A stretch of 64,000 bases of DNA from Paraspadella gotoi (lineage: Eukaryota; Animalia; Chaetognatha). Below the pieces are notes generated by a model. The model was not told the DNA's origin, did no database searches, and saw only the letters and a program-made list of their open reading frames with translations. The stretch spans positions 14,980,963 through 15,044,962 of the forward strand of contig CM119265.1 of the NCBI GenBank assembly GCA_051294375.1, given 5' to 3'. Below are positions 39,856 to 50,700 of the stretch, in pieces (position 1 is the stretch's first letter; every line of letters starts with the position of its first letter). The translations under genes and the position numbers were made by a program.

Positions 39856-41359
39856 TCACCACTTTATATTCAAGGACGTCGTGTTTTTCTCAACTTCATG
39901 ATATTCGGTGCGGATAATTTTTTTTACAAATTTCTCCTCTCTCTTTAACCACGAATCAAAGACGTTTTTAGCTTCGTCATTGCTTTCAGGACTCCGCGCC
40001 GTCACGGACTGGTAGACTTCTGTCACTTTATCCAACAGCGCTCGGCTTTGATTTGCTCCGTTGTCTTTAATTTGTCCGCCGCCATTGAGGCACCCGGATG
40101 GGCACGCCATCACCTCGACGAAGTGATAACCCGTTCCGGCGCCACGTTTACCCCGTTTCATCTTTTGGACGAAGTTTTGAATGTTTCTGAAACCGTAGGC
40201 GGTGGCAAACTTGAGTTTTGTCTCGCCGTCGATAACCAGTGACGTCTCCCTGAAATCTCGGTTCCGCAGCGATTCAAACCGTACCTCGTCAACGTACCGA
40301 CTGAACAAGTCGGCGGCGGCGCGTCTGTAAACGAACTCGGCAAATCCTCCGGAGCCTCCGTCAGCGTGGCCAAAATAACCTAGCTGCTTTTCACCTATTT
40401 TCAAGACGGAATCCGGCGCCTCTCGTGGAAATTCGTTCAGAGACCTCGCGCCCAACATAGCCTCCACCTCTAGCGTTGTTAACACGCAGTCAACGTCACG
40501 GTTCTCCGATTCAACGTCCAAAAAGTCAGCGCGTGACGCTTCTAACTTTTTGTCGAAACAAGGCATGACGGTTACATGGTAGATTTTGTCCCGACTCTTT
40601 TGCAACGCTTCGGCCATCCAGACCTTTACCAATGAACCCATGATCTGTTGGGGGGATTTAGTTTTGGAGATGTATGGCAGAACAAAGTCACCGTGCGTCT
40701 TTTCGGCATAGCAAATCCATCCAGGGCAAGCGGAGGCAAGCATGGGTAAATCGCCGGGAGCGTTACGTTTGTATCGTTCGATAAACTCCCGTGAGGATTC
40801 TAGGAGGCTTAGGTCTTGGCCAACGGTTTCGTCAAATACATAGTCTACGCGCAACTGTTGCTTGAAGTACCCGACGAGTCTTTCGATAGCTTCGACGGCG
40901 TTGAGATCATATCGCGCCGCAAGGGAAGCGCGAGACTGAGGAGAGACGGTGACCGCAACTGTCAGAGAAGAAGCCTCGGCGGATGCGAGTACGCTATAGA
41001 AAGCGTCTTGACTTTGCTCGGCGATCAGAACGCTTTCTGCCGAAGTGACGCATCTGCCCACCGGAATCAAGAATTAATTTATAAAAAGGAAGTTGAGCAT
41101 AAATTCTTCAGCAAGATTTAGCAAACCCGCTGCATGCTAGACAATCGGCCAGCGTGATGGACGCCTTCTCCAACACGTTGCTCTGTCCTGTGTTTGCGTC
41201 GAGCTCCCGATAATCCCCGGTGACATCGATTGTTATTTTAGCGCGGCCTTTGCTCGACTCCGACTTTTTCTCTACTTTTACAGGCTTAATGCATTCTTGA
41301 GAAGGCGCTATGAAATCGTCTAGGTCCGTAAGACGCAAAGCGCCGCTAAATTGCGCCAT
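39856..41359 (-). CDS. CIAO3: Cytosolic Fe-S assembly factor NARFL/CIAO3 (Nar1), 2 exons
   Basis: [24 protein letters not shown]; [18 protein letters not shown]; [17 protein letters not shown]; [13 protein letters not shown]; [15 protein letters not shown]; C-terminal NIKW. Confidence 0.95.
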
Positions 41360-41445
41360 AACTTTCGTAAAAATAAAGATAAACCAATAAAAAAATTTTA
41401 CAATTTAACAAACAACGAAGGTTAACATTGCTGAAATAAAGTGAG

Positions 41446-42614
41446 TTACTTTTTCTTGAAAAAGCTCATGACCGAGGCGGTCCCCTTAGCGGCTTTCGCT
41501 AAGTCTTTAGCGGCTTTTGTGGATTTCTTTAAGGGGACAGCCGGAGAAAACGTCGACGTCTTGGTATAGTCTTCTGTGGGCTCCTGTTGATTCCGCTTGG
41601 GCCTTTTAGCGGCGGGCGGGACCTCGGGTTGAGCAGCGTCATTGTTCAATCCCAAATGTTTCATAAACGCATTCTTCATGTTAAAAGTCAAATAGTCGCC
41701 CACGACTTCGGCGCCGTAACGAAGAAGATCATTGTTTAATTCTCTGGTATCGTTAACCTCGAATGTAGTTCGATCGTCGGAGATTACCAGACTTGACGAA
41801 CGGCTTCCGCATACGTTAAAGTTGCGCCGTTGTAGTTCTTGCCCGAAACGTCTAGCTTTTTTTTCCAACCAAAGGAGAGTCTTGGCTTCATTGTAACGTG
41901 CCAGAGGAGATTCGCTGAAAACACCAACAAAAAAGAAAAATCAAACGCCACTCTTTTATGATCAAATCCAACAACTTCATTAACCTGTCTTCTATTGTCT
42001 TCACGTCAGCAACGTTGCGTAATTGCTCGCGACAAGAGGAAGATAGGAACATTGAAGGCAAATATTTTTGAACAGAGTTGAAATCCTCGTCGATAAGTAT
42101 TTGATCCAATATCATAAATTTGTCTCCACCCGCCTTAAGCGATGGAAGGAAATGGATGTTGAAAGAAGACAATGAATATGCATTACATTTGAACGGACTC
42201 AATGCTTCACCTTGGAAGCCGCAGCGAGATAGGGAAGAAGCAGGAACAAAGGATCGACTCTCGTCGCTACTGAGAGACAACCGTCGGCGAGGATTGATTT
42301 GTCGATAAACCAGCAACCGAATTTCGGCTGGAAATAACTAATCTCGAGAAGCGAACCGGGTGAGCTGAAGGGAAATGAAATGATGGTAATGCTCACTCTT
42401 AAGGCGTGGGGTGCCCACACTCAGGGACTTAACGAAAAAAAAAAAAATAAATTTAACCCAAATCGAGTAGGTCTCACCACAGATAATCAGCGGCTCCCTG
42501 GGTACGAGGATGCCTTAAACGGCAAAAATAAGTTTCGTGGTTGTTATCCTTCTTCGTTTCGACAGTCTTCTTGGGAAGAACCAAAACGGTAGGTTTTTCA
42601 ACCAGTTCACCCAT
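41446..42614 (-). CDS. RNASEH2B: Ribonuclease H2 subunit B, multi-exon
   Basis: FCRLRHPRTQGAADYL; WFIDKSILADGCLSVATRVDPLFLLLPYL; FMILDQILIDEDF; C-terminal PIP-box-like AKGTASVMSFFKKK. Confidence 0.88.
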
Positions 42615-42899
42615 TGCTTTATTCTATTCCTTGATCTACAAAACGAAAAGAACGGCAATATTAAACTGATAACGGTAAACTAAGCAGTAAGTATCGCGAA
42701 AATCAGGGAGAACGTTTATAAGTATACTTTGATAAAAAGCCGGGACACACTCAATAAAGAGTGATCGGGAAAAACAATCGAAAGGATCATGATAATGAAA
42801 ATGGCTTTTTCCGCCTACAAATCAAAAGGTAACGAAAGCAATAAGGAAAATCTAATAAAAATCAAGTGAAAAGAAAATAAATAAGACAGGAATTGTAGC

Positions 42900-44084
42900 T
42901 CAGTTGGTCGTGATGCGCAAATCCTCGTTTTTCATCATTTCGCGCAAGGAATCATAAGCATTTCCGCTCCAGCAAGCGTGCCCTTTTAAGCCCTTGTGCT
43001 TCTCAAGACCTGATAAGGTATCTTCCTCATGCCCACAGCCACAAATGAACTCTTTCACATTGGGCGGTTTACTCAGTGCCGGCGGATAGAGCGGTTTGGG
43101 ATTCTTCATGAAGAACATCGAAAGTGATTTGGCCTCGGGACCTCTGCCTCTGTTGATCACGTTGACAAACGAACCACATATGCAACGTTGACTCGTCTCT
43201 GCCTTGGCTATCAGACGAGGTTTTTCGTTGCGGCGCTTCAGATCAGAAATTTCGACATGCGGCTCTTCTTCAGAGGAAGAGCATTTTTGCAATGGCGGCA
43301 TACCAGCCTGGACCGAAAGTTGCGGGTGAGCATTATCGGCAGTTTTTGCCGGAACTGGCAAGGACACCGGCAGCTCTTGTAATAATGATAAATCGGTGGT
43401 CGGGTCAGGAGAAAATACAGGAGAGTTGCCACCCCATCCATCAGGCAGCCCATCAGGAACTGGTCGACCCGCTTTCGGAAATCTTTTCCGAAACTCGACG
43501 AAAGGCAAAATGTCGGCATGCGCGGACTCTTCGAACGGCATAACCCTTATTTTGACGACTTTCGCAAAATTGCGGAGCTGCAATTCGGAAAAAACGGCCA
43601 ATCGGCGGTTGTTAAGCGTCCAAAGACTTTTGTCCAGCCAAACGGCGTTAATCATCGGAAGGTCGCGCTTGCGAATCTCACGTTTGGCAATACAATCGAA
43701 CGTTTCCTTTAGTGGTTTTCCGTCGGCAAACGCACCTGTAATGCTTTAGTTAGGAAGAAAAAAAAACTAAATATTTTATCTTTTGATATTAAATAAAACT
43801 TAAAGATCGTGCCTTCGCTGAGTGAAGTAAATCGCTGACGGCGGGACGAAGATGTATTCTCGCGTAGGTTGTTCGATCTTTCCAGCCGCCATCGGCGTCG
43901 AAGGTTGTCGAAGAGGAGGGCTCGATGCCACTTTGAACCTCTTGCGCACTGACAAACTATGGAGCATCGTTCTACTCGGCTGCACAGGGTGAGAGTCTAA
44001 ACTTTTGACGGGACTGTTGGTGACCTCTTCGATAGATGGAAAATCACCGGCAACGACGGTCCCGGTGGAGGAGCAATCAGACAT
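42900..44084 (-). CDS. Uncharacterised protein with ParB/sulfiredoxin-like domain and C-terminal Cys/His motif, 2 exons (probable GC-AG intron)
   Basis: Spliced PSAIYFTQRSITGAFADGKPLKETF...DLPMINAV...WTLNNRRLAVF resembles the I.FSQ.SI...F.DG..L..T...P.I.V...DNRRL pattern. The C-terminus has CGCGHEEDTLSGLEKH. Confidence 0.55.
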
Positions 44085-44322
44085 TTTAAAGAAAGAGACG
44101 CTGAAAAATGGAAAGAACAATCGATCTCAAATTTAAAACCAGGAGCTATCGTTTGAATGCAGAGTTGGATGTATATTACTAAAGCGGTCGGGTATAATGT
44201 GGATTTAAAAAAAAAAGATGTTGAAATGAAAACGTAAACAAATAAAATAATAAATTAAAAATTTAGTACATAATGTTCTGTGCAGTTAAATTAAACACAA
44301 AATAGGATTGGAAATTTTAAAA

Positions 44323-46308
44323 TCAGTTTAAATAAGCTTTGTCTCGGAACTCAATTTGAAAATGAGGTCTGTGAATTTCAAAAATTAAAATATCATTGCT
44401 CCCTCTGACTAACAAAGGAGCCGGAATGTACAAAGACTTTTGGGGGCCTATTTGCCAATATCGTCCAACGTTAAAGCCATTGACAATGACAAATCCATGA
44501 TGCCAATCGAAAGGTTCCAAATAGAGAAAAGTGTCACTCGGAACGTCATTTATCTCCAAAGTGGCCCTGTAAAGCCCAGGCCCCTGATTCGTCGGAATGC
44601 TGTAATCACTCCATTTTCCTTCCGTCAAAGCTTTCTCCACGAAGGCCATCTTGAAATCGAGGCAGTAGATTATCACATCCTTGACTATTTGATCATCTAG
44701 TACGACCTGCTCTTCCAGCAGTCCCTTCCGTTGATTCTCCATTCCGGGCCCGTAATTGACGCGACCCAGATTCTCGACGAGAATGTCGAGAGTATTGTAA
44801 TCGCCCGTAGTATCGATTTGGACGCGAGCGTCCTTCATTGTAAAATCGACAGTTTCAATCTCTTTTCCGTTTATAATGACTGTCGCCCGATCGGCAACGA
44901 ATCCACGAAAACGCAGCTCGCTCACTCGCGCCACCTCCTTTCGGTAGAGGACGAACCCGAAATTCTGTCCCCGTCCGTCGCGCCTCTGCAGCGATTCCAT
45001 CTGCTTCGTCGGTTGGCCGGCAATGGAATCGTCAACGAGCGACAGCATCTGTTCCAAATCCATCATTTGTGCGACGCGCACGGAGCCGTAAGCTTTGGGA
45101 GTTATCGGCGCCGGTGGATCAACGAACTGGAAGCAGTCGCGGAAGATCCCGTTGGCCTCGGCGAATTCTTCCAACATCTTGCGCGTCAGGCTCCACTTAG
45201 GCGTAAGAGCCCCATTTTCGGTTAACGGAGCATCGTAGTCGTAAGACGTCACGTCGGGTTTGTAGTGAGGAAAAGCAGGAACGCCGTTCGCTCCCGCCAA
45301 AAAACCGAAGGACGTGCCCCCGTGAAACATGTAAAAGTTAACGCTGGCGCGATTTTCCAGAATCTCTCGAAGAGACATTTGAAAAAGGGGAAGTGGAAAT
45401 CCGCCGTGTTTCTCGCCCCAATGATCAAACCAACCGGTCCAAAACTCCATCACCATTAAAGGTCGGTCCGGCTGCAATGTCCGCAGGTTGTTCAGGTATA
45501 AAGTCACATTGGTCTGGCAATTGACAGTCATCAGGATTCCAGGAATGAACCCAGTTTCCAGCCCGGCTGAATTGTCTGAAGTGAATAGAAGAGTAGAGTC
45601 GGCAAACCCGTGCTTTTCGAAGAGACCCATCAGATGGAGCAAATATCGAGTGTCCGACCCAAACGACCCGTATTCGTTCTCTATCTGCGCCGCGATAACT
45701 GGTCCTCCTCTCAGGTACTGCAGATCCTTTAATTTCGGAAGTAGAACGTTGAAGTAATCGTCAACGGCGTCGAGGTAAGGACGGTACATGGTCCTCACTC
45801 TCATGCGCGGATCTTTCAACAGCCAGGAAGGCAGCCCACCGAAGTCCCATTCGGAGCAAATGTACGGACCGGGACGGATAATGATCCAGAGGCCGAGTTT
45901 TTCGGCCAAACGGACGAAGGAAACTAAATCCAGAATACCGTGGAAATTAAAGTCACCCTTCGATTCCTCGTGGAGGTTCCAAGGAACGTAAGTCTCTACT
46001 GTGTTCAGTCCTGCAGCCTTGAGTTTTGTCAGCCGATCCAGCCAATACTCGGGGACGACACGAAAGTAATGGAGAGCGCCGGCGGCGACGAAGAACGGTT
46101 TCTTGTTCAAAGTAAAGTCGTTGCCTTGGGCCTTGAGGCCCTCGACGCGAGTCTCGCGGAACGGCATGGCGACGACGGGCGGCGGTGGGGTAGGGGGAGT
46201 CGAGAGCCAGAAACGAAAGTGGATGAAAATCGCGAAAGCAACGATGGTGAGAAGGATGACGCCGAGACGAACGCGTGGTGCGCCAAGTCGAAACAATTTT
46301 AAAGTCAT
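44323..46308 (-). CDS. GH35 beta-galactosidase (GLB1-like 2/3 type), intronless, N-terminal signal anchor
   Basis: GALHYFRVVPEYWLDRLTKLKAAGLNTVETYVPWNLHE; RPGPYICSEWDFGGLPSWL; QIENEYG; MEFWTGWFDHWG; NFYMFHGGTSFG; TSYDYDAPL; GRYWQIGPQKSLYIP. Confidence 0.93.
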   Translation of the reverse strand: MTLKLFRLGAPRVRLGVILLTIVAFAIFIHFRFWLSTPPTPPPPVVAMPFRETRVEGLKAQGNDFTLNKKPFFVAAGALHYFRVVPEYWLDRLTKLKAAGLNTVETYVPWNLHEESKGDFNFHGILDLVSFVRLAEKLGLWIIIRPGPYICSEWDFGGLPSWLLKDPRMRVRTMYRPYLDAVDDYFNVLLPKLKDLQYLRGGPVIAAQIENEYGSFGSDTRYLLHLMGLFEKHGFADSTLLFTSDNSAGLETGFIPGILMTVNCQTNVTLYLNNLRTLQPDRPLMVMEFWTGWFDHWGEKHGGFPLPLFQMSLREILENRASVNFYMFHGGTSFGFLAGANGVPAFPHYKPDVTSYDYDAPLTENGALTPKWSLTRKMLEEFAEANGIFRDCFQFVDPPAPITPKAYGSVRVAQMMDLEQMLSLVDDSIAGQPTKQMESLQRRDGRGQNFGFVLYRKEVARVSELRFRGFVADRATVIINGKEIETVDFTMKDARVQIDTTGDYNTLDILVENLGRVNYGPGMENQRKGLLEEQVVLDDQIVKDVIIYCLDFKMAFVEKALTEGKWSDYSIPTNQGPGLYRATLEINDVPSDTFLYLEPFDWHHGFVIVNGFNVGRYWQIGPQKSLYIPAPLLVRGSNDILIFEIHRPHFQIEFRDKAYLN

Positions 46309-47306
46309 TATCGCGGCGACGGCAGTGGGGAATATGAAGCGCGAGTGAAGAGCGACGGACGGCAATGTAAAGTCATTCTTACCGAGTTTAATTAAGAGTT
46401 TTTATTCTAATAAGAAAAAAATAGGCGAAGATAAGAATTGAAAAGGTGAGAGAAAAATTTTGGATTTAGACAAGTTAGCCACTCTTTTGTTCGGTCGAAG
46501 TTTGTATCTTTTAATCCCGAGCATAGTTTGATAGATGGCGTTTCAGTCAGCAATCTTAGTCAGAAAGACATCGGGTTTTTAAATTACGCCTATTTTTTAA
46601 AAAATTGAGTTTAAAAGCGGGCTCGATCATCGGGACATATCGTCGAATGATAAGACCTATAATTGAAAAGAAGAACTTATATACAAATTTTATTTCTATT
46701 TACTTTTAAATAATTAACTGTGACTTTTAATAACAAATCAACAAGATAGATTGATCGTAAAATTTAGGTCGGATGTAATGTAACAAATGTACAGATTAAC
46801 AGGAATTTTAAAGAATAACGTTAAAGCGAGAAGTACTAAACAAAGATATGGATAAACTGGATGGCTAAAAAAAATTATCGCAAACAAGAATAGTCATACC
46901 CCCCACCTGTTTGGAACGTAATCCACAAAAAATGCATAACAATCGTGCCTGGAGAAGCGTGACCAGATTTTTTTTAATTGAAGCTTTACAACGAAAAAAT
47001 CACGATAGGAACGTAACGTCGGAAATATGAAGAAAAAAAACGAAAAAAATATTAAGAGAAAATTGTTATTTCCTCCTCGCGAAGTACGTTCAATTTTAAT
47101 TAAAGGCCAAAGCTCTTTATAATGATAATAAAACGTGCGCAATTCGGCCTTCGAGACCAAAACGAAAAAAAAAAGACCGAGAGTTTTGACATCGTCAGTT
47201 AGAAAAAAAAGCGACCGTCTCGAGTTACACACGGCGGCGGCAGGCGCTGGGATTATTCTCTTTCTTCGCTCCCTCGCTGACGCTGGCAAACTTCCCCTCG
47301 CTTCGG

Positions 47307-47308
<2 letters not shown>

Positions 47309-47388
<80 letters not shown>

Positions 47389-47498
47389 CTCGCAGGCGGC
47401 CGCCTATCCAACGCCACTCGGCGAGCTCGATCTCTTTTTCGTCGAGAGAGAGAAGAGAGAAGAGAGAGAGAGAAGACGAGAGAGACGAGAGGAGAGAG

Positions 47499-47533
<35 letters not shown>
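47309..47533. repeat. (CT)n and (GA)n microsatellites in inverted arrangement
   Basis: About 80 bp of CT repeat (47309-47388) and about 90 bp of GA-rich repeat (47444-47533) around a GC-rich spacer, between PRC1 and the beta-galactosidase gene. Confidence 0.85.
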
Positions 47534-47536
<3 letters not shown>

Positions 47537-47781
47537 CATTTATAAAAAAGTTTAACATTGAAAAAAAAATTGTAATCGAGGGAAGTAATTATTTAAAAAT
47601 AAAAAAGACTAACCACGAATACTCGTTAATAAATAACCAAGACAAGGAGACAAAAGTTTTTTTCCCTATTTTCGATATAAAACTGAGAGGTCCTTTGGAA
47701 TGATTTTTTGTTTTCTCCTTTTTCTCATTCTTGTCGACGTTGTGTTTGATCGTCTTCCTCGTCGTCGTCCTCGTCGTCGCC

Positions 47782-50700
47782 TCAAAATGCGGCCTCGTGA
47801 AAGGATCGGACGGCTAGGGAGGCGGCGTCGGGGGGTGTGGCCGAAGCTGCTCGGCGATCGTCGCCGCTCCCGCCGGCTGCTGCCGCCGCCAAGTGCAGGT
47901 TTCGTAAATCGGTCAATGAGGAAGAGCGGAAGGGAGGTTTAACGCCACGCTTGAAATCCTGACGAGGCAAAAAAAAAAAAAGGTTCGGGGGTGTTGGTTG
48001 GTTGGCTCGCTGGCTGACTCTTTCTCTCTCTGCGACTCGCCTCGTAAGAGTCAATGTTGGAGTTGGCGTCGTTCTTTAAATCATTAAGGGCACGTCGAGA
48101 CGTTAAGGGGGCGATACGCCCCGGGCTCCGAGACAGCAATCGGGAATTCGAAGCTCCCTGAAATCCAAGGGAAAATTGTTTGTTACAATGTTATAAATCT
48201 ATTTGTTTTTCTCTATTTTCAAGCCTAAATTCTTATCTAAAGTTGTCCTTGTAATTTACAGGTACTAATAATATTGGTTATAACATTATAACATTCTGTT
48301 CGAAGACTCGCTAACAATAAAATAACACTAAAAAAATTATCGAATATAACACATATTAAAGTTAAGTCCAAATTGAATGCTTGAATTCACGATAAAGAAA
48401 AACTCATAAAAATTCGCCAGACATGGCATAAAACAGCGGCATCTTCAACCCACGCCGAATCGTGCGCCAAGACGAAAAAGTTGCCATTCCGGTTTTCCCT
48501 TTGGCTCGACACGGAGAACGAACTCGACTTTTCGGACAAAAAGGGACGCGAACATTAAACTGGCGTGGGACCTGACCTTTGATTTAGCCGGGCACGACAT
48601 CGGCACCGGCGGCCGGTAAGGCGAAAGCGCGAGTCGGATGCTGGAATGCGTCTGTTGAGTTGGGGTCATCGTCGACGCCTCCGCACCGTTGAGCTTTTGA
48701 GGAAAAGTTATACTAATATAATTAGAAAGTTCAAAATATTAACTTGATATTTTTTTCAGAAACTAAATAAATCTCTTAATTTATTATCCATTATTATATT
48801 ATATTGGCTGTAAAAAGATATAATATTTCTCAAGATACCAAAAAAAGGGGTTAACTATAAACCAAGTACAGATCCTAAAATTACAATACAGAGCCTAAAC
48901 TTAAAAGAAATGAATATTTGTTTAGATAATGGAATAAATGATTATAGACACGTGCAAAAAAAAAAAGAAAAAAAAAGCGCCACTTTAGAACTTTAAATTC
49001 CAGACACTCTATAAAAATATTTTTAGAGAAAAATAAAGTTTTTAAAAAAAGGAATTTATGTGTATAAATTTTATCAAAATCGGCCAAGTGGTTTAGGAGA
49101 TATGATTTTTTAAATCGTATAATGATTTCTTTTAGAATAAAAAGAATTTTATTCGAAAGTTTTAAAATCATTGACCTATCATTCGTATTATATTTTATTA
49201 ATCTTGATATTTTTATTTAGGGATCTCGGTCAATCTAGTTGTCCAGCTATCCCTCCTGATATCCAGGAAATTTTTTTTTTCATTTTTAATCTACTATAAA
49301 AAAAAAATATTAGTCTTAAATGAATCAAATTTCTTTATATTTAATTTGTTTTGGAGTACCTTATTCTGAAAAACTTACTCATCCCAAACGGATAGCCCAA
49401 TTTCTCTCAAATTTAAATCAAACTCAATCTTTTAATAAACTAATTTTAAAAAAAATTGAAGTATACAGGGCGATTTTTAAAAAGCTGAAATAAAGTGGCG
49501 CTTTTTTTTCACAAGACTTCAATCCTAGTTTATTTTTCCTTCCAAATACAAAATTTTGAAAATCGATTTACGGCCAAAAACGTACATAAGGTTTCCAATA
49601 AATTTTATTTAAAAGTTAATTTTCAACTGAGACAAAAAAATCCAACTGTGATCCAAATCCGATGATACGAAAGAAAAATTAATTATACGTAAACTGTACA
49701 CCAATAAGAAAAAATTATAATCCCATTTGAAAGAAAAAATGACATTTTTAAAAAGTTCAAAACATTGCTTAAAAACGCTTAAAAACATTCTAAAAATACT
49801 ATCCAAACCACTAACAAAAAAATTATTCTTCGTGGAGCAAAAAATCTTGTCCAAAAGCAGCTATAATTTTTTACTATTACAAATGTTGAATGCTGATAAC
49901 CACTTGTTATAAATTACCACAAGAAAAAAAATCAGATTTTACTCAGGTTAGCTAAGGGATAGCTAAGGAATATCCCCCTTCTCAAGCTATCTTTCGATAA
50001 AAATTTAGGTAAACTTTTATGCAGCCGATGCTGTGATGCACTGGTCACTCTATCGAGCTTAAACTACCAATTTTTCAAATTGTATTGCCATAAGCCACTC
50101 CTGTTTCTTCAGTTTATATGCGAATTATAGGCAGTGAATACCCATCGTCGTCTTGCCAATAATCAATTTGTCACTGAAAAGCAGTCTTAAGGCTGAGTAT
50201 CATTCTCTCAGGCCACAAAAGGTTTATGGACAAAAGGTTTATGGACAGTAGTGGCAAAAAAGCACCAATATTTTCTGTACCAGGGTCTTCAAAACTTAAA
50301 CAAAATTGTTTATTGCAATCGATTTTTAACAAATACGATTCGCCGACAATTGAGCATTTTAACATCTTCGTACGAAATTATAATGGATTAAAATAAAATT
50401 TATACATAAAAAACGTCAAAAGGTTATATTATGGCAACAGCCAGGTTGCCTGTGATGCCCATTGGGATGGGGCATCTCACTGTTGGCTTTGGGGCTTCCG
50501 ACCCTCAGTAGCCTCCAGTCACTGGCGCGGTTACCCTAGGACGGTCTCGCTTTGCCCAGCAGAGGGAAGTCGTTAGGACTGTGGATGAACACTACGCCTG
50601 GGATGGTGTGTTCCCCCCTTTGAGCCAATGGATTTGGCTGAAGGATGGTGGGCGGGAGGCCGGTGTGAATATACCGCCACAGGATCCCCGGGCTAAGACA

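Noticed and set aside
47135-47558. ORFs rich in SL/ER repeats
   Set aside because: They are translations of CT/GA microsatellites.
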